Source: Utricularia gibba (taxonomy: Eukaryota > Plantae > Magnoliophyta). Taken from it: a stretch of DNA of 64,000 bases. Location of the stretch: positions 558,001 through 622,000 of the forward strand of contig NEEC01000027.1 in NCBI GenBank assembly GCA_002189035.1. Reading direction: 5' to 3'. The notes beneath the pieces were generated by a model. It was not told the origin of the DNA, did not search any database, and was given only the letters and a program-made list of their open reading frames with translations. The position numbers and the translations under genes are program-made. The stretch's first letter is position 1; every line of letters begins with the position of its first letter. Shown here piece after piece: positions 51,000-62,900 of the stretch.

Positions 51000-53900
51000 A
51001 TTGCATATCAAATGAAACACAGATAAATTGCAATCAATAAATAACATTCTCGTCGAGTTGAGTGTTTTGAGTCGCATCGTTGCGAACGTCCAGACCACTT
51101 TGTAGGAAAACTGAACACAAATATAAGACAATAATTAGAGCTTTGATACATCCTAAGACGAAGAAGCTTTCAACACAAAAGATGATCGACTTAGAATGAC
51201 CTTCAAAACGGTATGCCATGCGTAGCATGACAAATCATGATATGGTAAATATCGACTTGATAACAAATGGTGCACCAGGCCAGCGTGGGGTGTAAGTCGG
51301 AACGTACATGTGACAATGTAAGGGATCATCTTGAAAACAAAAATTTCACATTGTTCAATGAAATGCATATGTTTTGCAAGCGAGAAATCACATTCAAAAG
51401 GAATCGGAAGTGCTGAGTCGCAACATCACGAATGTTGTCACTACTTTGTGGCACAACTGAAGTCTTATATAAGGAAATGATTCGAGCTCTTATGCACACT
51501 CAGACGATGAAGATTGCAACACGAAAAATGACCAGCTCTGAATGACCTTTGAAAAAGTATGCCATGCGCAGGATGACTCCTCATGGTTTGCAAGATATGT
51601 TTTGCATGCGAGAAATCCCATTCCTGTCGAATCGGAAGTCCCGAGTCACACCATCGCGAACGTCGTGGCCACTTTGTGGCACAATTGAAGGCTAATAGAA
51701 GGCAATAATTCGAGCTCTGATACATTGTCGGACGACAAAGCTTCCAACACGGAAGATGACCGGCTCAGAATGAGCTTTGAAACGGTATCCTGTGCGTAGC
51801 GTGACTCATCACGGTTTGCAAGATATCGACAAGATATTGAACGAGGCAAGAGGCATGCATCATGTGTGCGTAGGAACACACCCGTGGCATTGTAAGGGAT
51901 CGCGTCGAAAACGAAATTTTCACACCTTCCAATGAAATGAATATGTTTTGCAAGCGAGAAATCACATTCGCGTCGAATCGGAAGTCCCGAGTCGCATCGT
52001 CGCGAACGTTGTGGCCAATTTGGGGCACAATTGAAGGCTAAAATACGGCAATAATTCGAGCTCTGATACATCGTCGGACGACAAAGCTTCCAACACGGAA
52101 GATGACCGGCTCAGAATGAGATTTAAAACGTCATGCTGTGCGCAGCGTGACTCATCACGGTTTGCAAGATATTGCAAGATATTGATCGCGGCACGAAGCA
52201 TGCATCAGTTGTGTGTATGAACACACCCGTGGCATTGTAAGGGATCACCTCAAAAATGAAAATTTCACACCTTCCAATGAAATCCATATGTTTTACAAAC
52301 GAGAAATCACATTCGCGTCGAATCGGAAGCCCCGAGTCGAATTATCGCGAACGTCATGGCAACTTTGTGGCACAATTGAAGGCTAATATAAGGAAATAAT
52401 TCGAGCTCTGATAAATCGTCGGACGACGAAGCTTCCATCACGGATGATGACCGCCTCGGAATGAGCTTCGAAACGGTGTGTCGTGCGCAACGCGGGTAAT
52501 CACGGTTTTGAAGATATCGACAAAATACGGAATGGTGCACGAGGTCTACATCAGGTGTGGGTTGGAAAACACCCGTGGCATTGTAAGGGATCGCCTCGAA
52601 AACGAAAATTTCACACCTTCCAATGAAATGCATATGTATTGCATGCGCGAAATCCCATTCCTGTCGAATCGGAAGTCCCGAGTCAAACCATGGCGAACGT
52701 CGTGGCCACTTTGTGGCACAATTGAAGGCTAATAGAAGGCAATAATTCGAGCTCTGATACATTGTCGGACGACAAAGCTTCCAACACGGAAGATGACCGG
52801 CTCAGAATGAGCTTTGAAACGGTATCCTGTGCGTAGCGTGACTTATCACGGTTTGCAAGATATCGACAAGATATTGAACGAGGCACGAGGCATGCATCAT
52901 GTGTGCGTAGGAACACACCCGTGGCATTGTAAGGGATCGCGTCGAAAACAAAAATTTCACACCTTCCAATGAAATGCATATGCTTTGCATGCGAGAAATC
53001 CCATTCCTGTCGAATCGGAAGTCCGAGTCACACCATCGCGAACGTCGTGGCCACTTTGTGGCACAATTGAAGGCTAATAGAAGGCAATAATTAGAGCTCT
53101 GATACATCGTCGGATTACGAAGCTTCCAACACGGAAGATGCTCGGCTAAGAATGAGCTTTGAAACGTCATGCCGTGCGCAGCGTGACTCATCACGGTTTG
53201 CAAGATATCGACAAGATATTGAACGAGGCACGAGGCATGCATCAGGTGTGCGTAAGAACACACCCGTAGCATTGTAAGGGATCGCCTCGAAAACGAAAAT
53301 TTCACACCTTCCAATGAAATGCATATGTTTTGCATGCGAGAAATCGCATTCGCGTCGAATCGGAAGTCCCGAATCGCATCGTCGCGATCGTCGTTGCCAC
53401 TTTGTGGCACAATTGATGGCAAATATAAGGCAATAAATCGAGCTCTGATACATCGTCGAACGACGATGCTTCCAACACGGAAGATGACCGCCTTCGAATG
53501 AGCTTCGAAACGGTGTGTCGTGCGCAACGCGGGTAATCACAGTTTTGAAGATATCGACAAAATACGGAATGGTGCACGAGGTCTACATCAGGTGTGGGTT
53601 GTAAGGGATCGCCTCGAAAACGAAAATTTCACACCTTCCAATGAAATCCATATGTCTTGAAAGCGAGAAATCACATTCGCGTCGAATCGGAAGTCCCGAA
53701 TCGCATCGTCGCGATCGTCGTGGCCACTGTGTGCCACAAATGAAGGCTAATATAAGTCAATAATTCATGCTCTCATACATCGTCGGTCGACAAAGCCTCC
53801 AACACGGAAGATGACCGGCTCGGAATGAGCTTCGAAACGGTGTGTCGTGCGCAACGCGGCTCATCACGGTTCTCAAGATATCGACAAAATACGGGATGGT

Positions 53901-56900
53901 GCACGAGTCCTGTATCAGGTTTGGGTTGGAACACACCCGACGCATTGTAAGGGATCGCCGCGAAAACGAAAATTTCACACCTTCCAATGAAATGCAAATG
54001 TTTTGCAAGTGAGAAATCACATTCGCGTCTAATCGGAAGTCACGAGTCGCATCGTCACGAACATCGTGGCCACTTTGTGGCATAATTGAAGGCTAATATA
54101 AGGCAATAATTCGAGCTCTGATACATTGTCGGACGACAAAGCTTCCAACACAGAAGATGACCGGCTCAGAATGAGCTTTGAAACGGTATCCTGTGCGTAG
54201 CGTGACTCATCACGGTTTGCAAGATATCGACAAGATATTGAACGAGGCATGAGGCATGCATCATGTGTGCGTAGGAACACACCCGTGGCATTGTAAGGGA
54301 TCGCGTCGAAAACGAAAATTTCACACCTTCCAATGAAATGCATATGTTTTGCATGCGAGAAATCACATTCGCATCGAATCGGAAGTCCCGAGTCGCATCG
54401 TCACGAACGTCGTGGCCAATTTGGGGCACAATTGAAGGCTAAAATACGGCAATAATTCGAGCTCTGATACATCGTCGGACGACAAAGCTTCCAACACGGA
54501 AGATGACCGGCTCAGAATGAGATTTAAAACGTCATGCTGTGCGCAGCGTCACTCATCACGGTTTGCAAGATATTGCAAGATATTGAACGCGGCACGAAGC
54601 ATGCATCAGTTGTGCGTATGAACACACCCGTGGCATTGTAAGGGATCACCTCAAAAATGAAAATTTCACACCTTCCAATGAAATCCATATGTTTTACAAA
54701 CGAGAAATCACATTCGCGTCGAATCGGAAGCCCCGAGTCGAATTATCGCGAACGTCATGGCAACTTTGTGGCACAATTGAAGGCTAATATAAGGAAATAA
54801 TTCGAGCTCTGATAAATCGTCGGACGACGAAGCTTCCATCACGGATGATGACCGCCTCAGAATGAGCTTCGAAACGGTGTGTCGTGCGCAACGCGGGTAA
54901 TCACGGTTTTGAAGATATCGACAAGATATTGAACGAGGCACGAGGCATGCATCAGGTGTGCGTAAGAACACACCCGTGGCATTGTAAGGGATCGCCTCGA
55001 AAACGAAAATTTCACACCTTCCAATGAAATGCATATGTTTTGCATGCGAGAAATCGCATTCGCGTCGAATCGGAAGTCCCGAATCGCATCGTCGCGATCG
55101 TCGTTGCCACTTTGTGGCACAATTGATGGCAAATATAAGGCAATAAATCGAGCTCTGATACATCGTCGAACGACGATGCTTCCAACACGGAAGATGACCG
55201 CCTTCGAATGAGCTTCGAAACGGTGTGTCGTGCGCAACGCGGGTAATCACAGTTTTGAAGATATCGACAAAATACGGAATGGTGCACGAGGTCTACATCA
55301 GGTGTGGGTTGTAAGGGATCGCCTCGAAAACGAAAATTTCACACCTTCCAATGAAATCCATATGTCTTGAAAGCGAGAAATCACATTCGCGTCGAATCGG
55401 AAGTCCCGAATCGCATCGTCGCGATCGTCGTGGCCACTGTGTGCCACAAATGAAGGCTAATATAAGTCAATAATTCATGCTCTCATACATCGTCGGTCGA
55501 CAAAGCCTCCAACACGGAAGATGACCGGCTCGGAATGAGCTTCGAAACGGTGTGTCGTGCGCAACGCGGCTCATCACGGTTCTCAAGATATCGACAAAAT
55601 ACGGGATGGTGCACGAGTCCTGTATCAGGTTTGGGTTGGAACACACCCGACGCATTGTAAGGGATCGCCGCGAAAACGAAAATTTCACACCTTCCAATGA
55701 AATGCAAATGTTTTGCAAGTGAGAAATCACATTCGCGTCTAATCGGAAGTCACGAGTCGCATCGTCACGAACATCGTGGCCACTTTGTGGCATAATTGAA
55801 GGCTAATATAAGGCAATAATTCGAGCTCTGATACATTGTCGGACGACAAAGCTTCCAACACAGAAGATGACCGGCTCAGAATGAGCTTTGAAACGGTATC
55901 CTGTGCGTAGCGTGACTCATCACGGTTTGCAAGATATCGACAAGATATTGAACGAGGCATGAGGCATGCATCATGTGTGCGTAGGAACACACCCGTGGCA
56001 TTGTAAGGGATCGCGTCGAAAACGAAAATTTCACACCTTCCAATGAAATGCATATGTTTTGCATGCGAGAAATCACATTCGCATCGAATCGGAAGTCCCG
56101 AGTCGCATCGTCACGAACGTCGTGGCCAATTTGGGGCACAATTGAAGGCTAAAATACGGCAATAATTCGAGCTCTGATACATCGTCGGACGACAAAGCTT
56201 CCAACACGGAAGATGACCGGCTCAGAATGAGATTTAAAACGTCATGCTGTGCGCAGCGTCACTCATCACGGTTTGCAAGATATTGCAAGATATTGAACGC
56301 GGCACGAAGCATGCATCAGTTGTGCGTATGAACACACCCGTGGCATTGTAAGGGATCACCTCAAAAATGAAAATTTCACACCTTCCAATGAAATCCATAT
56401 GTTTTACAAACGAGAAATCACATTCGCGTCGAATCGGAAGCCCCGAGTCGAATTATCGCGAACGTCATGGCAACTTTGTGGCACAATTGAAGGCTAATAT
56501 AAGGAAATAATTCGAGCTCTGATAAATCGTCGGACGACGAAGCTTCCATCACGGATGATGACCGCCTCAGAATGAGCTTCGAAACGGTGTGTCGTGCGCA
56601 ACGCGGGTAATCACGGTTTTGAAGATATCGACAAGATATTGAACGAGGCACGAGGCATGCATCAGGTGTGCGTAAGAACACACCCGTGGCATTGTAAGGG
56701 ATCGCCTCGAAAACGAAAATTTCACACCTTCCAATGAAATCCATATGTCTTGATAGCGATAAATCACATTCACGTCGAATCGGAAGTCCCGAGTCGCATC
56801 GTCGCGAACGTCGTGGCCAATTTGGGGCACAATTGAAGGCTAACATACGACAATAATTCGAGCTCTGATACATCGTCGGATGACAAAGCTTCCAACACGG

Positions 56901-59900
56901 AAGATGACCGCCTCCGAATGAGCTTCGAAACGGTGTGTCGTGCGCAACGCGGGTAATCACGGTTTTGAAGATATCGACAAAATACGGAATGGTGCACGAG
57001 GTCTACATCAGGTGTGGGTTGGAAAACACCCGTGGCATTGTAAGGGATCGCCTCGAAAACGAAAATTTCACACCTTCCAATGAAATGCATGCGCGAAATC
57101 CCATTCCTGTCTAATCGGAAGTCCCGAGTCAAACCATCGCGAACGTCGTGGCCACTTTGTGGCACAATTGAAGGCTAATAGAAGGCAATAATTCGAGCTC
57201 TGATACATTGTCGGACGACAAAGCTTCCAACACGGAAGATGACCGGCTCAGAATGAGCTTTGAAACGGTATCCTGTGCGTAGCGTGACTCATCACGGTTT
57301 GCAAGATATCGACAAGATATTGAACGAGGCAAGAGGCATGCATCAGTTGTGCGTATGAACACACCCGTGGCATTGTAAGGGATCGCGTCGAAAACGAAAT
57401 TTTCACACCTTCCAATGAAATGAATATGTTTTGCAAGCGAGAAATCACATTCGCGTCGAATCGGAAGTCCCGAGTCGCATCGTCGCGAACGTTGTGGCCA
57501 ATTTGGGGCACAATTGAAGGCTAAAATACGGCAATAATTCGAGCTCTGATACATCGTCGGACGACAAAGCTTCCAACACGGAAGATGACCGGCTCAGAAT
57601 GAGATTTAAAACGTCATGCTGTGCGCAGCGTGACTCATCACGGTTTGCAAGATATTGCAAGATATTGATCGCGGCACGAAGCATGCATCAGTTGTGTGTA
57701 TGAACACACCCGTGGCATTGTAAGGGATCACCTCAAAAATGAAAATTTCACACCTTCCAATGAAATCCATATGTTTTACAAACGAGAAATCACATTCGCG
57801 TCGAATCGGAAGCCCCGAGTCGAATTATCGCGAACGTCATGGCAACTTTGTGGCACAATTGAAGGCTAATATAAGGAAATAATTCGAGCTCTGATAAATC
57901 GTCGGACGACGAAGCTTCCATCACGGATGATGACCGCCTCGGAATGAGCTTCGAAACGGTGTGTCGTGCGCAACGCGGGTAATCACGGTTTTGAAGATAT
58001 CGACAAAATACGGAATGGTGCACGAGGTCTACATCAGGTGTGGGTTGGAAAACACCCGTGGCATTGTAAGGGATCGCCTCGAAAACGAAAATTTCACACC
58101 TTCCAATGAAATCCATATGTCTTGATAGCGAGAAATCACATTCACGTTGAATCGGAAGTCCCGAGTCGCATCGTCGCGAACGTCGTGGCCAATTTGGGGC
58201 ACAATTGAAGGCTAACATACGACAATAATTCGAGCTCTGATACATCGTCGGATGACAAAGCTTCCAACACGGAAGATGACCGCCTCCGAATGAGCTTCGA
58301 AACGGTGTGTCGTGCGCTACGTGGCTCATCACGGTTTTCAAGATATCGATAAAATACAGAATGGTGCACGAGGCATGCATCATGTGTGCGTAGGAACACA
58401 CCCGTGGCTTTGTAAGGGATCGCGTCGAAAACAAAAATTTCACACCTTCCAATGAAATGCATATGCTTTGCATGCGAGAAATCCCATTCCTGTCGAATCG
58501 GAAGTCCCGAGTCAAACCATGGCGAACGTCGTGGCCACTTTGTGGCACAATTGAAGGCTAATAGAAGGCAATAATTCGAGCTCTGATACATTGTCGGACG
58601 ACAAAGCTTCCAACACGGAAGATGACCGGCTCAGAATGAGCTTTGAAACGGTATCCTGTGCGTAGCGTGACTTATCACGGTTTGCAAGATATCGACAAGA
58701 TATTGAACGAGGCACGAGGCATGCATCATGTGTGCGTAGGAACACACCCGTGGCATTGTAAGGGATCGCGTCGAAAACAAAAATTTCACACCTTCCAATG
58801 AAATGCATATGCTTTGCATGCGAGAAATCCCATTCCTGTCGAATCGGAAGTCCCGAGTCACACCATCGCGAACGTCGTGGCCACTTTGTGGCACAATTGA
58901 AGGCTAATAGAAGGCAATAATTAGAGCTCTGATACATCGTCGGATTACGAAGCTTCCAACACGGAAGATGCTCGGCTAAGAATGAGCTTTGAAACGTCAT
59001 GCCGTGCGCAGCGTGACTCATCACGGTTTGCAAGATATCGACAAGATATTGAACGAGGCACGAGGCATGCATCAGGTGTGCGTAAGAACACACCCGTAGC
59101 ATTGTAAGGGATCGCCTCGAAAACGAAAATTTCACACCTTCCAATGAAATGCATATGTTTTGCATGCGAGAAATCGCATTCGCGTCGAATCGGAAGTCCC
59201 GAATCGCATCGTCGCGATCGTCGTTGCCACTTTGTGGCACAATTGATGGCAAATATAAGGCAATAAATCGAGCTCTGATACATCGTCGAACGACGATGCT
59301 TCCAACACGGAAGATGACCGCTTCGAATGAGCTTCGAAACGGTGTGTCGTGCGCAACGCGGGTAATCACAGTTTTGAAGATATCGACAAAATACGGAATG
59401 GTGCACGAGGTCTACATCAGGTGTGGGTTGTAAGGGATCGCCTCGAAAACGAAAATTTCACACCTTCCAATGAAATCCATATGTCTTGAAAGCGAGAAAT
59501 CACATTCGCGTCGAATCGGAAGTCCCGAATCGCATCGTCGCGATCGTCGTGGCCACTGTGTGCCACAAATGAAGGCTAATATAAGTCAATAATTCATGCT
59601 CTCATACATCGTCGGTCGACAAAGCCTCCAACACGGAAGATGACCGGCTCGGAATGAGCTTCGAAACGGTGTGTCGTGCGCAACGCGGCTCATCACGGTT
59701 CTCAAGATATCGACAAAATACGGGATGGTGCACGAGTCCTGTATCAGGTTTGGGTTGGAACACACCGACGCATTGTAAGGGATCGCCGCGAAAACGAAAA
59801 TTTCACACCTTCCAATGAAATGCAAATGTTTTGCAAGTGAGAAATCACATTCGCGTCTAATCGGAAGTCACGAGTCGCATCGTCACGAACATCGTGGCCA

Positions 59901-62900
59901 CTTTGTGGCATAATTGAAGGCTAATATAAGGCAATAATTCGAGCTCTGATACATTGTCGGACGACAAAGCTTCCAACACAGAAGATGACCGGCTCAGAAT
60001 GAGCTTTGAAACGGTATCCTGTGCGTAGCGTGACTCATCACGGTTTGCAAGATATCGACAAGATATTGAACGAGGCATGAGGCATGCATCATGTGTGCGT
60101 AGGAACACACCCGTGGCATTGTAAGGGATCGCGTCGAAAACGAAAATTTCACACCTTCCAATGAAATGCATATGTTTTGCATGCGAGAAATCACATTCGC
60201 ATCGAATCGGAAGTCCCGAGTCGCATCGTCACGAACGTCGTGGCCAATTTGGGGCACAATTGAAGGCTAAAATACGGCAATAATTCGAGCTCTGATACAT
60301 CGTCGGACGACAAAGCTTCCAACACGGAAGATGACCGGCTCAGAATGAGATTTAAAACGTCATGCTGTGCGCAGCGTCACTCATCACGGTTTGCAAGATA
60401 TTGCAAGATATTGAACGCGGCACGAAGCATGCATCAGTTGTGCGTATGAACACACCCGTGGCATTGTAAGGGATCACCTCAAAAATGAAAATTTCACACC
60501 TTCCAATGAAATCCATATGTTTTACAAACGAGAAATCACATTCGCGTCGAATCGGAAGCCCCGAGTCGAATTATCGCGAACGTCATGGCAACTTTGTGGC
60601 ACAATTGAAGGCTAATATAAGGAAATAATTCGAGCTCTGATAAATCGTCGGACGACGAAGCTTCCATCACGGATGATGACCGCCTCAGAATGAGCTTCGA
60701 AACGGTGTGTCGTGCGCAACGCGGGTAATCACGGTTTTGAAGATATCGACAAGATATTGAACGAGGCACGAGGCATGCATCAGGTGTGCGTAAGAACACA
60801 CCCGTGGCATTGTAAGGGATCGCCTCGAAAACGAAAATTTCACACCTTCCAATGAAATGCATATGTTTTGCATGCGAGAAATCGCATTCGCGTCGAATCG
60901 GAAGTCCCGAATCGCATCGTCGCGATCGTCGTTGCCACTTTGTGGCACAATTGATGGCAAATATAAGGCAATAAATCGAGCTCTGATACATCGTCGAACG
61001 ACGATGCTTCCAACACGGAAGATGACCGCCTTCGAATGAGCTTCGAAACGGTGTGTCGTGCGCAACGCGGGTAATCACAGTTTTGAAGATATCGACAAAA
61101 TACGGAATGGTGCACGAGGTCTACATCAGGTGTGGGTTGTAAGGGATCGCCTCGAAAACGAAAATTTCACACCTTCCAATGAAATCCATATGTCTTGAAA
61201 GCGAGAAATCACATTCGCGTCGAATCGGAAGTCCCGAATCGCATCGTCGCGATCGTCGTGGCCACTGTGTGCCACAATGAAGGCTAATATAAGTCAATAA
61301 TTCATGCTCTCATACATCGTCGGTCGACAAAGCTCCAACACGGAAGATGACCGGCTCGGAATGAGCTTCGAAACGGTGTGTCGTGCGCAACGCGGCTCAT
61401 CACGGTTCTCAAGATATCGACAAAATACGGGATGGTGCACGAGTCATGTATCAGGTTTGGGTTGGAACACACCCGCATTGTAAGGGATCGCCGCGAAAAC
61501 GAAAATTTCACACCTTCCAATGAAATGCAATGTTTTGCAAGTGAGAAATCACATTCGCGTCTAATCGGAAGTCCGAGTCGCATCGTCACGAACATCGTGG
61601 CCACTTTGTGGCATAATTGAAGGCTAATATAAGGCAATAATTCGAGCTCTGATACATTGTCGGACGACAAAGCTTCCAACACGGAAGATGACCGGCTCAG
61701 AATGAGCTTTGAAACGGTATCCTGTGCGTAGCGTGACTCATCACGGTTTGCAAGATATCGACAAGATATTGAACGAGGCATGAGGCATGCATCATGTGTG
61801 CGTAGGAACACACCCGTGGCATTGTAAGGGATCGCGTCGAAAACGAAAATTTCACACCTTCCAATGAAATGCATATGTTTTGCATGCGAGAAATCACATT
61901 CGCATCGAATCGGAAGTCCCGAGTCGCATCGTCACGAACGTCGTGGCCAATTTGGGGCACAATTGAAGGCTAAAATACGGCAATAATTCGAGCTCTGATA
62001 CATCGTCGGACGACAAAGCTTCCAACACGGAAGATGACCGGCTCAGAATGAGATTTAAAACGTCATGCTGTGCGCAGCGTCACTCATCACGGTTTGCAAG
62101 ATATTGCAAGATATTGAACGCGGCACGAAGCATGCATCAGTTGTGCGTATGAACACACCCGTGGCATTGTAAGGGATCACCTCAAAAATGAAAATTTCAC
62201 ACCTTCCAATGAAATCCATATGTTTTACAAACGAGAAATCACATTCGCGTCGAATCGGAAGCCCCGAGTCGAATTATCGCGAACGTCATGGCAACTTTGT
62301 GGCACAATTGAAGGCTAATATAAGGAAATAATTCGAGCTCTGATAAATCGTCGGACGACGAAGCTTCCATCACGGATGATGACCGCCTCAGAATGAGCTT
62401 CGAAACGGTGTGTCGTGCGCAACGCGGGTAATCACGGTTTTGAAGATATCGACAAGATATTGAACGAGGCACGAGGCATGCATCAGGTGTGCGTAAGAAC
62501 ACACCCGTGGCATTGTAAGGGATCGCCTCGAAAACGAAAATTTCACACCTTCCAATGAAATCCATATGTCTTGATGCGAAAATCACATTCACGTCGAATC
62601 GGAAGTCCCGAGTCGCATCGTCGCGAACGTCGTGGCCAATTTGGGGCACAATTGAAGGCTAAATACGACAATAATTCGAGCTCTGATACATCGTCGGATG
62701 ACAAAGCTTCCAACACGGAAGATGACCGCCTCCGAATGAGCTTCGAAACGGTGTGTCGTGCGCAACGCGGTAATCACGGTTTTGAAGATATCGACAAAAT
62801 ACGGAATGGTGCACGAGGTCTACATCAGGTGTGGGTTGGAAACACCCGTGGCATTGTAAGGGATCGCCTCGAAAACGAAAATTTCACACCTTCCCAATGT

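Noticed and set aside
51760-51830. C/D-box-like GTGATGA...CTGA on the minus strand of the monomer
   Set aside because: Only about 48 nt box-to-box with a poor terminal stem. Both boxes are mutated in other monomer types (GTGATTA, CCGA), so this is chance rather than a snoRNA array.
51711-52056. Satellite as a 5S rDNA or tRNA array, CRISPR array or CENP-B-box carrier
   Set aside because: There is no 5S coding sequence or tRNA A/B-box. There are no unique spacers and this is eukaryotic DNA. TTGGAAGC is only a partial CENP-B-box match without the CGGG part.
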